The position numbers and the translations under genes are program-made. Of a stretch of 34,448 nt of DNA, positions 7,954 through 17,352 are shown piece after piece (the first letter of the stretch is position 1; every line of letters starts with the position of its first letter). The stretch comes from a virus. Lineage: Duplodnaviria > Caudoviricetes. Location: positions 1 through 34,448 of the IMG/VR virus record IMGVR_UViG_3300030059_002339; one strand, written 5' to 3'. Below the pieces are notes generated by a model that worked only from the letters and a program-made list of their open reading frames with translations, was not told the origin of the DNA and made no database searches.

Positions 7954-10097
7954 ATTTTAAAGATCACGACAAAGCTTTGCAGATGCTTTCTAAGGCGCAA
8001 GATGCTGACAGTGATATGAGAGATCAGGTGCGGGAAACTAACGCATTCCTAACGGCTAGAGATGGCCAGTGGGAGGCTGGTTACTTGCCCGACATCAAGA
8101 TGCCTAAATACACGCTTGATAAGTGTAATCCCATTGTTGACTCAATAGCCTCGCAGATTGAAGAACAAGAGTTTGCCGTTAGGGTTAAGCCTGCTGATGG
8201 TCAGGCGTCCAAAGATACAGCCGTTATCTATGACGGGCTAATCCGCAACATACAGAACATAAGTAATGCGGTTGCTGTGTTCAACGGTGTGTCACGCCGA
8301 TCTATTGCTACAGGCTTGTCAGGTTGCCGAGTTGTTCAGGAGTACGCTAGCCCCGATTCATTCGATCAAGATTTGATGATTAAGCCGTTATCAGACTTTG
8401 AGAATCGTGTTTGGTTTGGCCCTTATGAGCTACCAGATGCCTCTGATGCCATGTACTGCTGGGTGTTTGAAGCAATGTCGCCTGATGACTATGAGGCTCA
8501 ATATCCAGAGGGTTCAAAGCAGGGATTAACTCAGGACTTTTGGGAAGATATTTGGTTCGATAAGCCTGATGTGATTATGGTCGCTGAGTTTATTTACAAA
8601 GAGTACAAGACTGTCGAGCTGGTGAAAATGTCAGACGGCGAAGTTTATGAGGACGATGATGACTTTAAGAAGGTGGTTGAAGAGCTGCGCGAAACTGGCG
8701 TAATGGAGGTTAATCGCAAAACTAAGCAAATTTGCGAGGTAAAGACTCGAATGATGGACGGCAAAGACTGGCTAACGCCTGTTCAAGATACCGTCTTTCG
8801 TGATTTGCCAGTAATACAATGCGCTGCCAACTTCCAGATAACACAGAACAAGCCTGTCTACTGGGGCGCTATTGATAAGCTGCTAGACCAGCAACGCCTA
8901 TACAACTACAGCTTCAGCAAACAAGTGGCTGAAACAGCCTTAGCGCCCACTGAAACTATTGTGATGACTAAGCAGCAAGCGGTGGGCAATGACTACAGCC
9001 GTATCAACAGCAACCCCAAGCCGATAATCACATATACGCACGTTGATGGGCAGCCAGCGCCCTATAAGCTACCACCACCAAACGTAAACCCAGCCCTAGA
9101 GGTTATTAAGCAGTCTACTTCTAACGACATTAATGTATCGGCCGGTCAATTTAACGCCAACATGGGCAATAATGCGGGGCTACAATCAGGGGCGGCTATT
9201 GGGTTACAAATTGATAAAGGTGACAGCTCCAACCTGAAGTATGTACAGGATAGAGAAGCTTTTGTTGGTCGTGTTGGTCAGATTCTGGTCAATGCCATTC
9301 CGTACACCTATGACGCAGAGCGACAGATTAGAATTGTTGGCGAGGACGGCACCGAGGATATGGAGACTATTAACACATCCATATTTGATAACGAAACTCA
9401 ACAGGTGGTCGAGCTTAACAACATGGCATCTGGCACTTACGACGTAGTTTGTAACGCACAAAAAACGTTTAAGAATCGCCAAGACACAATGAATAATACT
9501 CTTATGCAGTTTGCAGCGGTTAAGCCTGAAATCCTCGACTTTGCGGCTGACATTATCTTAAAGAATGCTGACGGTGCTGGCTTGGATGCAATCGCTGAGC
9601 GCTACAGGGCGCAGATGCTACCGCAGGGCATAATCCCACAAGAGCAATGGACAGATGAGGAGCTGGCTCAGGCGGAGGCAGCAAAGCAGGCGGCGGCGCA
9701 ACAACCTAAAGAGCCGACTATTCAGGAGCAGATGGCACAATCTCAGTTGATGCTTGGCCAGGCTGAATTGCAGAAAGTACAGGTGCAGACTGCAAACCTA
9801 CAGCAGGATGGGCAAATTGCGGCGGCGAAGCTAGACCAGTCTCAGCAAAGCATTGACATGAAGGGTGACGAGCAAGCATTCAGGCAGCAGCTAGACGTCA
9901 ACAGGCAGCTTACTGAACGCATGAACACAATGGCTGACACAATGAACAAGCTGGTCGAAGCAACGGGCTCAGAGGGCATTGCAGGGCCAAACACGATGCA
10001 GGCTGTATCTAATCAAGCTCAAATTATTACAGGTGAGCAGAATGATATGGGGGCTATGACTAATGAGCAGTTGATGGAGGTTGTGCGCAATGGATAA
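7947..10097 (+). CDS. Portal protein, P22 gp1-like, with long Gln-rich C-terminal barrel
   Basis: 716 aa after terL; GQW, NPIVD, D-Q-R-L-Y-N, SGAAI and YDAERQIRIVGEDG motifs. Confidence 0.92.
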   Translation: MVNFKDHDKALQMLSKAQDADSDMRDQVRETNAFLTARDGQWEAGYLPDIKMPKYTLDKCNPIVDSIASQIEEQEFAVRVKPADGQASKDTAVIYDGLIRNIQNISNAVAVFNGVSRRSIATGLSGCRVVQEYASPDSFDQDLMIKPLSDFENRVWFGPYELPDASDAMYCWVFEAMSPDDYEAQYPEGSKQGLTQDFWEDIWFDKPDVIMVAEFIYKEYKTVELVKMSDGEVYEDDDDFKKVVEELRETGVMEVNRKTKQICEVKTRMMDGKDWLTPVQDTVFRDLPVIQCAANFQITQNKPVYWGAIDKLLDQQRLYNYSFSKQVAETALAPTETIVMTKQQAVGNDYSRINSNPKPIITYTHVDGQPAPYKLPPPNVNPALEVIKQSTSNDINVSAGQFNANMGNNAGLQSGAAIGLQIDKGDSSNLKYVQDREAFVGRVGQILVNAIPYTYDAERQIRIVGEDGTEDMETINTSIFDNETQQVVELNNMASGTYDVVCNAQKTFKNRQDTMNNTLMQFAAVKPEILDFAADIILKNADGAGLDAIAERYRAQMLPQGIIPQEQWTDEELAQAEAAKQAAAQQPKEPTIQEQMAQSQLMLGQAELQKVQVQTANLQQDGQIAAAKLDQSQQSIDMKGDEQAFRQQLDVNRQLTERMNTMADTMNKLVEATGSEGIAGPNTMQAVSNQAQIITGEQNDMGAMTNEQLMEVVRNG

Positions 10098-11313
10098 AGG
10101 GCAGGCGGCTGATGAGTTAGCAAGGCGCGGCGTTACGCTTGAGGATATGAAAAACTATTTTCTAACGGTTGCCGAGCCTGTAGCGGCTATGGGTTCGGGC
10201 ATTGTTGCCGAGCCTTTGGCGGGATTTGCTGGATTAGCTGCGGCCCCTTTCGGTTCAGATGCGGCGGCTAACGCTGTTAATTATTACCGCGATAAACTGA
10301 CTTATTCGCCAAGGTCGGAGGCGGGTCAGTCTGGCATGGCTGCTATTGGTGAGGCGATGGCCCCAATAGGTGAGGCAATGGATTATGCAGCTAGTGGTGC
10401 TGGTGATTACGTCTACGACAAGACAGGAAGTCCGGCATTGGCAGCGGCGGCATACTCAGCACCAACGGCAGCACTTGAGCTATTAGGCTTGAAAGGCGTC
10501 AACCAGTTAAGCAAGTCAGGCAAGCTGGGCCAGCAGTTAGAGTTTGGCGATATAGGTAGCGGTGGGGTAGGCAACAAGCAACGCGGTATCTTTGCGGGCG
10601 TGAAGGCTAAGGCTATTGAGGAGCTAGAGAAGCGCGGCATATCTATGGATTATGACAGCCGCATGGCTAGGGCTAAAGAGCAGGGGCATGAAAGTGGGTG
10701 GTATCACGGTACAGGTTCGGACATAGAGGCTTTTGACCCCAGCAAGGCTGGCACTGCCACTTTATCAGAGAGCGCCAAACAAGGGACATGGTTGACAGAT
10801 GACCCAGAAATAACAGCCAATTCTTACGCTAACTATGCAGCCACAGACGCCAAGGTCGAGGGCAAGGTCAGGCAGGCAGACGCGGCAGGTGATAGGGGCG
10901 ACTGGGATTTATATGACAAGCTAACAAATGAGGCCGAGACTTTAGAGTCAGACTTTTATGACGACAGAAAAAGGGGACAAAACATTATGCCACTTTCATC
11001 AAGGGGCAAATTAAAAAAAATGGACGCCAAAGGTGAGTCATTTAGCTATGCGGAAAACAACATTAATGACTTTATACGCAAAGCCAAAAGCGAAGGGTTT
11101 GATGGCGTGGAGATTGCAAACCTTGATGACGCAGTGGGCAGGGTAGATGTGCCAGCCACCCATAGGTTAGTTTTCGACCCTGCAAACATTCGCTCAGTCA
11201 ACGCAGCGTTTGACCCCGCTGACATAGGCAAAAGCGGGTTATTGAAAAGTGTGGGCGGTGTAGGCTTAGGCTATCAATTCCTAGGCGGCGAAGATGAGCA
11301 GAATCAGCTCTAA
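10090..11313 (+). CDS. Fusion of an ejection-protein-like N-terminal module and an ADP-ribosyltransferase-like (ART-PolyVal type) domain
   Basis: WYHGT..FDP, GTWLTDDP..ANSYA, NIMPL, GFDGV, VFDPANIRSVNAAFDP; N-terminus resembles 20724-22538. Confidence 0.7.
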   Translation: MDKGQAADELARRGVTLEDMKNYFLTVAEPVAAMGSGIVAEPLAGFAGLAAAPFGSDAAANAVNYYRDKLTYSPRSEAGQSGMAAIGEAMAPIGEAMDYAASGAGDYVYDKTGSPALAAAAYSAPTAALELLGLKGVNQLSKSGKLGQQLEFGDIGSGGVGNKQRGIFAGVKAKAIEELEKRGISMDYDSRMARAKEQGHESGWYHGTGSDIEAFDPSKAGTATLSESAKQGTWLTDDPEITANSYANYAATDAKVEGKVRQADAAGDRGDWDLYDKLTNEAETLESDFYDDRKRGQNIMPLSSRGKLKKMDAKGESFSYAENNINDFIRKAKSEGFDGVEIANLDDAVGRVDVPATHRLVFDPANIRSVNAAFDPADIGKSGLLKSVGGVGLGYQFLGGEDEQNQL

Positions 11314-11343
11314 TTAAAGGGGTTGTAATGGCCCCTTAATTTT
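11314..11343 (+). terminator. Hairpin AAGGGGTT-GTAAT-GGCCCCTT plus AATTTT, overlapping a promoter -35
   Basis: Inverted repeat right after the stop codon. Confidence 0.55.
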
Positions 11344-11351
11344 GCCATAGT
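11323..11351 (+). promoter_or_regulatory. Putative sigma70 promoter of the moron (TTGTAA-17-CATAGT, TGn extension)
   Basis: Hexamers and spacing; GAGGGGAA RBS at 11370-11377. Confidence 0.5.
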
Positions 11352-11381
11352 ATTAAAACTAATTTTAATGAGGGGAATGTT

Positions 11382-11810
11382 ATGGGCTTTGTATTTTATC
11401 TAGCACTGGGGATGGCTGCCTCTTTTTGTGTTGCTGCAATCAGGGCTACAACTAGGGCGAACAGGTTACAGGTGGAGCTTAACGGGTATAAGCGCGAGCC
11501 TATACGGAACCAGCCAAGCGCAATAGAGAGCCAAGGTAGCGCCACTAACGGTTTAGGTGTTCAGGAATTTGGACATGCTGGCACGCAATCAACCCAAAAG
11601 AATAAATCAGTTATGGGAGCTAAGGCGTACCTAAAGGTGTTGAGGTTTAGCGGCGTTCGTATGGTGACGGGAATAATGAGAGGCAAGGGCAGTACTTATG
11701 AGACTTTGGCAACCACACCAGAAGGCTCTAAATTCTTATTTGACGAGAACGGCAAGCTTATATGTTCTCAGCCAAAGGGTAGAGAGCTGTCAGTATGGAG
11801 TCAATGCTAA
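11382..11810 (+). CDS. Moron-encoded protein with N-terminal TM/signal anchor
   Basis: MGFVFYLALGMAASFCVAAI hydrophobic start; strong RBS. Confidence 0.7.
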   Translation: MGFVFYLALGMAASFCVAAIRATTRANRLQVELNGYKREPIRNQPSAIESQGSATNGLGVQEFGHAGTQSTQKNKSVMGAKAYLKVLRFSGVRMVTGIMRGKGSTYETLATTPEGSKFLFDENGKLICSQPKGRELSVWSQC

Positions 11811-11998
11811 TGAAAACCTATAAATCCAGCGACCTAACCCACAAACGGGCAGAGGTATTAAAGGCAGCGCGTGAAGAGGGTGTAATAATCGAAGAGAGGC
11901 GCAGCAATGGCGAGGTTATTGAGACTTACAAGCTGGCAATTCATAAGCAGGTTAAGAACGCTGACGATATTATGAAAGGGGTGTTCTGGCATAAGTAA
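11810..11998 (+). CDS. Phd/YefM-like antitoxin or small DNA-binding protein (62 aa)
   Basis: MKTYKSSDLTHKRAEVLKAAREEGVIIEER fits the Phd N-terminal beta-alpha-alpha-beta pattern; GGAG RBS; TAATG coupling. Confidence 0.6.
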   Translation: MKTYKSSDLTHKRAEVLKAAREEGVIIEERRSNGEVIETYKLAIHKQVKNADDIMKGVFWHK

Positions 11999-12026
11999 GT
12001 GGCCGCCTAGCTTGACGGATTGAATC

Positions 12027-12049
12027 AAACCCCTTAATTGGGGTTTTTT
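12027..12049 (+). terminator. Rho-independent terminator AAACCCC-TTAATT-GGGGTTTTTT
   Basis: GC stem plus U-tract. Confidence 0.85.
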
Positions 12050-12060
12050 ATGCCTGTCAT

Positions 12061-12092
12061 TTGCCCTATTAGGTATTAAGTTATAACATAAC
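12061..12092 (+). promoter_or_regulatory. Putative promoter for head genes (TTGCCC-17-TAACAT)
   Basis: Hexamers and spacing; contains TATAACATAAC shared with the terS upstream region. Confidence 0.45.
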
Positions 12093-12141
12093 AGTTACAA
12101 GTGTACGCGACACAATTCGCGAGTTATCAAGAGTGTTATTT

Positions 12142-12990
12142 ATGAGCGAAGAGATGGAAGTGGCCGAAAGCCCAGTTGTTGAAAATGATATTACCCTAGA
12201 CGCTGAATCGCATGATTTGCCAGAAGAATCGGCAGAGCATCAAGAGAGTGAACAGGGTGAACTTGAAAATGATACAGCCTCAGATTCATCACCTGATATT
12301 GCGCCAGAGCAAGAAAAAAAGCTGGAGCATACCGCTAACGTAAAGAAGGCTATCAACAGCAAGCATCGACAGATGAAGGAAGCCCAAGAGAGAGCCGAGG
12401 CGTTGCAAAAGCGACTTGATGAACTTGAGGGAAATAAGTTGGCGGAGTCTACGGCTCTAGCTGATGTCCCAGCATTGCCCGATCAGTTTGATGATGACTT
12501 TGAAGCAAAGAGGCAGCGGCGTGAAAGTGTCTTAATTGAAAATGCAAGACGTGCGGCGATTGCAGAACATAATCACGCGCAAGAATTGCAGGCTCAACAG
12601 GCGGCGCAAATTAAGCAGCAAAGCGCATGGAACGAAAAGCAGGCGATATTTATGGCGGCGGGTGTTGATGCTGGTATTAGTGAGGACTCTATTCTTGAGT
12701 CGGCACAAACCATCAGCAACTTAGGCTTGCCCAAAGATGCTATTGCTATGCTGGTCGGTGAGGAGGACGGGGCAGTAATCATGGATTACTTATCTAAAAA
12801 CCCTGATCTAACTATCGAATTAGCAGGCATGAACCCTTATCAACAGGGCGCGGCTATTCAATCCAGAGTTCGCAATGCTGTTAAACCTAGTAAAAAGATG
12901 ACTAAAGCACCAGTTCCGCCAAAAACGGCGAACGGTGCGCCAGGCCACCAATCAGGCAACCCCTTATTAAAGGGTGCCACTTTTGAATAA
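12142..12990 (+). CDS. Scaffolding protein (P22 gp8-like)
   Basis: Acidic N-terminus, coiled coil, YLSKNPD and TKAPVPP motifs; directly before the coat gene. Confidence 0.85.
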   Translation: MSEEMEVAESPVVENDITLDAESHDLPEESAEHQESEQGELENDTASDSSPDIAPEQEKKLEHTANVKKAINSKHRQMKEAQERAEALQKRLDELEGNKLAESTALADVPALPDQFDDDFEAKRQRRESVLIENARRAAIAEHNHAQELQAQQAAQIKQQSAWNEKQAIFMAAGVDAGISEDSILESAQTISNLGLPKDAIAMLVGEEDGAVIMDYLSKNPDLTIELAGMNPYQQGAAIQSRVRNAVKPSKKMTKAPVPPKTANGAPGHQSGNPLLKGATFE

Positions 12991-13006
12991 CTCGGAGCAT
13001 TAAATC

Positions 13007-14269
13007 ATGGCTAACAATTTTGATAGCAACTTTACTAAAAAACTGGCTAAAGGCGTTTTAGGTTCTTTTGAATCTCAGCGTGTTCTGTCCAAAAACGTAA
13101 ACACTCAGAAGCTTGACGGTAAGTTTGACCCTACCACCGGTTCAACTACTCGCTTTAAGCGCCCAACTGATTACAAGAGCAAGCGTAGTGCAAACGGCGA
13201 TATTTCCGGTGGTGTTCGCTCGGACATTATTCGCGGCGAAGCGGTTGGTGAAGTTCAGGACTACATTACCGTTGATGTTGATTTCGACGAGGCGGTGCAG
13301 TCTCTTGAAATGGGCAACGATGAGCAGGAATTTTACGATGCAATGGCGCTTCGTATCGTTACCGATCTTGAGTTAGATTTCGCTGACTTTATGATGAAGA
13401 ACGCGGCGCTTCAGGCTGGTACTGTTGGCAGCGGTGTGGGCACTTGGGACGCAGTGGCCGAAGCTGGTGCTGTTCTACAGTCAACTGGTGTTCCAGCTGG
13501 CCCGTGGTGCTATGGCGTGAACTCTTACAGCCAGCGCAAGCTAGCAAGCGATCAGCGCTCACTTGGCGGCGAGACAGGCATGATGACAGCCAACGAACGC
13601 GCCACCATCACCGATAACTTCGCTGGTATGCGTGTTATGACTGCTACCACTATGGGCAGCTATACCACAGGCGCAGGCGCTACTCGCACAGGTGCTTTAG
13701 CATCTGCTCCAGTACAGACCTATACCTCTGTTAAGGATAGTTATACTCAGCAATTAGCTGTTTCAGGCTTCCAAGCTAACCTTGAAGTTAAAGCTGGTGA
13801 GCGAGTTAGTGTTGCAGGTCGCAACCGTCTGAATCTGTCTACTCGCCGCCCAATCTTGGACGATTTGGGTAATCAGATTTTGTTTACTGCCGTTGTTACC
13901 GAAGATGTAACGCTGGACGGTTCCGGTGGTGGTACTTTGACCATCTCAGGCCCAGCTGTTTTTGAAGCTAACGGTGCTTACAATACTGTTGATAGCGCCT
14001 TAGTATCTGGTGATGTTGTTGCATTGCTTGCAGCCGCAAGTTCAATTATTCAGCCTAATATGTTCTGGCATAAAGACGCTTTCTCTATCGGCTCTGTACC
14101 AATTAAGAAGCTGTTCAGCACTGATACCATTGGCACTACTAGCGATGGCTTGCAGATGCGCGTCAGTAAGTACGCAGACGGTGATGCCAACAAGCAAATC
14201 GTTCGTATCGACTTCCGCCCTGCTTACTGTGCGATGAACCAGTTCTGGGCTGGACACGGACACGGCTAA
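13007..14269 (+). CDS. Major capsid protein (P22 gp5-like)
   Basis: 420 aa; MANNF start, F-x-R-P, NMFWHKDAF, RID-x(3)-AY motifs; GGAG RBS. Confidence 0.93.
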   Translation: MANNFDSNFTKKLAKGVLGSFESQRVLSKNVNTQKLDGKFDPTTGSTTRFKRPTDYKSKRSANGDISGGVRSDIIRGEAVGEVQDYITVDVDFDEAVQSLEMGNDEQEFYDAMALRIVTDLELDFADFMMKNAALQAGTVGSGVGTWDAVAEAGAVLQSTGVPAGPWCYGVNSYSQRKLASDQRSLGGETGMMTANERATITDNFAGMRVMTATTMGSYTTGAGATRTGALASAPVQTYTSVKDSYTQQLAVSGFQANLEVKAGERVSVAGRNRLNLSTRRPILDDLGNQILFTAVVTEDVTLDGSGGGTLTISGPAVFEANGAYNTVDSALVSGDVVALLAAASSIIQPNMFWHKDAFSIGSVPIKKLFSTDTIGTTSDGLQMRVSKYADGDANKQIVRIDFRPAYCAMNQFWAGHGHG

Positions 14270-14289
14270 TAAAGCCTAACTAAATCATG

Positions 14290-14312
14290 GGGGGCTTCGG
14301 CTCCCTTTGTTC
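14290..14312 (+). terminator. Terminator GGGGGC-TTCG-GCTCCC-TTTGTT after the coat gene
   Basis: UUCG tetraloop stem plus U-rich tail. Confidence 0.8.
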
Positions 14313-14328
14313 GTTAAGGGGTACTGAA

Positions 14329-14619
14329 ATGATTACATGGTTACGACCTTGCGGGTCAACAATTACAACGAACGAAACGCCTGCCTCTATTGCTTATGCT
14401 GAGTTGCATAAATGGGAGCGTGAAGGGCAAAAGATTGTTAATGTTATTGAGGTGGAGATGGGTATCGACCAGACTATTGACTCTATAACAAGTAAAGAGG
14501 CGCTAAAGTCTCATTTAAACGATGTTCACGGCGTAAAAATAGATTTACGCGGAAGCATGGAGCACGTTAAAAGCAAAGCAAAAAAGGCGGTTGAAGAATG
14601 TCAACAGCAGCGCAAGTAA
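14329..14619 (+). CDS. Hypothetical virion-region protein
   Basis: AAGGGG RBS before ATG 14329; the upstream extension would run through the terminator. Confidence 0.7.
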   Translation: MITWLRPCGSTITTNETPASIAYAELHKWEREGQKIVNVIEVEMGIDQTIDSITSKEALKSHLNDVHGVKIDLRGSMEHVKSKAKKAVEECQQQRK

Positions 14620-15035
14620 TAAAAACAGCTCTACAACTAATTTTAGTTCAAGGCTCAGAGGTAGCACTAGAGGCTGACGAGTTCGCGTCTGGTGTTGAGT
14701 ACCTTAATGACATGATGGCCGAATGGGAAAGCAACGGCATAGGTTTGGGTTATACGCCAGTGGCAACTCTAGGTGATGAGGTAACTATTCCGGCTTATGC
14801 TAATCAGGCTGTTAAGCAAAATCTAGCGGTTAGGTTGGGGCCAGAGTTTGGGGGCTTAGTTTCTCCGCTACTCGATAGGAATGCCACAGAGTCTTATCGG
14901 TATATGCTTAATGCGGCGTATGAGATTCAAAGCACAACTTATCAGACAACTTTACCGATGGGTTCAGGTAATACCGCCACAGGGTTTAGCGTAGACCCAT
15001 TTTATCCTGCTGGAGTTACCAAGCCAGATGCCTAA
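14598..15035 (+). CDS. Head-to-tail adaptor / packaged-DNA stabilisation protein (P22 gp4-like)
   Basis: LNDMMAEW..GIGLGY, NLAVRLGPEFG, LPMGSGN motifs. Confidence 0.88.
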   Translation: MSTAAQVIKTALQLILVQGSEVALEADEFASGVEYLNDMMAEWESNGIGLGYTPVATLGDEVTIPAYANQAVKQNLAVRLGPEFGGLVSPLLDRNATESYRYMLNAAYEIQSTTYQTTLPMGSGNTATGFSVDPFYPAGVTKPDA

Positions 15036-16536
15036 GACTCAAATACCAATAGCTAACGGATTTTACCAATCCGCATCTTTGCCAATATCGGCGCAACGGT
15101 GTATCAATTGGTACCCAAACATCCCACAGGGCGACACTATAACAAATGCCAATTTATTTGGTACGCCAGGCATTGAGCAGTTGGTTGGCGGGTCGCCAGT
15201 TAAAACAACACGCGGTGCTATTGTGAGTGCTTCGGTTCCATATTTCGTTGTTGGTGATGAGCTTAGAAAGCTTATTAGCTCGATAGATTCGGAGGGTATA
15301 GAAACATTTACCGCCGTGGTTCTTGGCGTTATTTCGGGCGGTGGTCGGGTATCAATGGCCGATAATGGTAATCAGGTGTGCGTAGTTGTGCCAGATGGCC
15401 TTTCGTACATTTGGGATGAATCAGATGGTGCCTTTTACACTATTACAGACCCATCATTCGACGGCCCTGCTGACTCTGTTGTTTATATTGATGGTTTCTT
15501 TGTATTTACCACTTCAACGGGTAAGAAGTTTATCAATTCGCCCTTAAATGACGGTAGAGGCGCGGGAAACGGTACTGGTGTTGCCTATGATGCTTTGGAT
15601 TTCTCGGTGGCAGAGGGCGACCCCGACCAGATTAGAGCGGGTCACAGCTTTGGCGGTCGGTTGTTTATGCTTGGCTCAGAAACCACTCAGGTTTTTGTTA
15701 ATATTGGCCGTACACCTTCACCATTCCAGACTTACAATAAAACGCTTTATACCACAGGCATTTCAGCGCCTAATTCTATTATTGATTTCGGTGATACCTT
15801 CGCTTTTGTGGGTGCTGGCGTCAACGAATCACCTTCAATTTATGCCTTTACTGGTAACGGGTTTAAAAAAATCAGCACCACAGCTATTGATAATGTGCTA
15901 AATGAATTAACGGCGGCTCAGCTGGTTGATGTTTACAGTTGGTCTTATGCTAAAGACGGCGCTTTCTTTGTTGGCTTCCAATTGCCTGATACCTGTTTTG
16001 TTTACGAATCTATCACTGGCCTATGGCACGAGCGATTAAGTTACATAAACAAAAAGGACATTCCCTATCGTGTTGCGGCAATTATTACCGCCTATGGTCG
16101 CACTATTGTTGGCGATAACCTTGATGGCAGGATTGGAGCAATCAGGAACAATCTATATACCGAGTACGAAACGATTATTAGAAGAGTCGTTACCACAAAG
16201 CCGTTTGATAATTTAGGCAACAGGGTATTTTTATCCTCTGTTGAGGCGGTAATGGAAACCGGTGTGGGTGTTTCTGGTGGCGTACCTGTTATTCTTGGGG
16301 GCGCTTCAACTGTTGATGTTGGTCAAGACCCTATGATGATGATGGAGTACTCAGATGATGGGTCTAGGTCGTTTGGCAATGGCCGTTTTAGAAGCTTGGG
16401 CAAGGTGGGTGAGTATAATCGCCGTGTTATTTGGCGTAGAGTAAATAGTTTCCCTAGGTCGAGAGTTTTACGGTTCGTGTTTTCCGAGCCTGTAAAGCCT
16501 GTATTTATCAAACTGGAGGCTGACATAGTTGGCTGA
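15028..16536 (+). CDS. Tail hub / packaged-DNA stabilisation protein (P22 gp10-like)
   Basis: NWYP, VSMADNG, YIDGFFVF, AEGDPD, KISTTAID, SDDG..F..R..GKVGEY..RVIWRR motifs. Confidence 0.92.
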   Translation: MPKTQIPIANGFYQSASLPISAQRCINWYPNIPQGDTITNANLFGTPGIEQLVGGSPVKTTRGAIVSASVPYFVVGDELRKLISSIDSEGIETFTAVVLGVISGGGRVSMADNGNQVCVVVPDGLSYIWDESDGAFYTITDPSFDGPADSVVYIDGFFVFTTSTGKKFINSPLNDGRGAGNGTGVAYDALDFSVAEGDPDQIRAGHSFGGRLFMLGSETTQVFVNIGRTPSPFQTYNKTLYTTGISAPNSIIDFGDTFAFVGAGVNESPSIYAFTGNGFKKISTTAIDNVLNELTAAQLVDVYSWSYAKDGAFFVGFQLPDTCFVYESITGLWHERLSYINKKDIPYRVAAIITAYGRTIVGDNLDGRIGAIRNNLYTEYETIIRRVVTTKPFDNLGNRVFLSSVEAVMETGVGVSGGVPVILGGASTVDVGQDPMMMMEYSDDGSRSFGNGRFRSLGKVGEYNRRVIWRRVNSFPRSRVLRFVFSEPVKPVFIKLEADIVG

Positions 16537-16795
16537 TTTTATAGCGGTTGCTCCTGATTTCAGATACCCAATAGTGGACGAGTCAGGCAAGGCAACAGAG
16601 GACTTTCAGAGATTCGCGGCGGTAGCTGTCGAGCTATTAAACGCATTAAACCCCACTATTGGAACAGGTACGCCAGAAAGTGTATTATCTGAGGGTCCGC
16701 AATCAATTTATATTGATAGCTCCGCGCCAGTTGGCGAGGGTATTTATATCAAAGAATCAGGAACAGGAAAAACGGGATGGGTGAAGAGGTCATAA
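16529..16795 (+). CDS. Small tail protein at the gp26 (needle) position
   Basis: GTGTPE...IYID...IYIKESGTGKTGW motif; position after the gp10-like gene. Confidence 0.6.
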   Translation: MADFIAVAPDFRYPIVDESGKATEDFQRFAAVAVELLNALNPTIGTGTPESVLSEGPQSIYIDSSAPVGEGIYIKESGTGKTGWVKRS

Positions 16796-17352
16796 TTGAC
16801 AACTTCCTGAGCGGCTTTGAGTCGTTTCGGGATAGTTTGGATAGTCATATTTTTAGCGGCGTTAAATCGCCTGTTGATGACATTTTTTACTCAGGTGTAT
16901 CTGCTGACGTGCCTAAATCTGTATCTGATAATATAAAATCTAGGCTTGATTTATACTTTGGGGATGTTGAAATAAACTTTCAGTTTATGCGGATAAGTCA
17001 GGAGGGGGTTTTTGCACCACATGAAGCTCACAACGACACAAGCATGTCTGATTACAGTATGATGATTTACCTTAATAGGCTAGAGGATTGTCAGGGCGGC
17101 ACTTCCTTTGTGAGCCATATTGAGGAGGGCATGAAGTTTGGCCCAGTAGATGATGAGCAGTTTATTATCTGGAAAAACGACCATAAAGATCAAAGCAAAT
17201 GGTTTATTGATGATATAGCCGAAATGAAACCAAACAGGGCTGTTATATTTGAGTCTGACAGAATGCACAGGTCAGAACCTATAGGCGGCTTCGGCAAAAC
17301 AACAAAGGACGCCAGACTTGTGCTGGTGACGTTTTTTAATGCTAATCCGTAA
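16777..17352 (+). CDS. 2OG-Fe(II) oxygenase-fold protein
   Basis: HxD (HND), IYLN..GGTSF, PNRAVIF...H and RL...FF motifs. Confidence 0.85.
   Translation: MGEEVIIDNFLSGFESFRDSLDSHIFSGVKSPVDDIFYSGVSADVPKSVSDNIKSRLDLYFGDVEINFQFMRISQEGVFAPHEAHNDTSMSDYSMMIYLNRLEDCQGGTSFVSHIEEGMKFGPVDDEQFIIWKNDHKDQSKWFIDDIAEMKPNRAVIFESDRMHRSEPIGGFGKTTKDARLVLVTFFNANP

Noticed and set aside
14287-14328. Upstream start of the post-capsid ORF
   Set aside because: Runs through the coat terminator; ATG 14329 has the RBS
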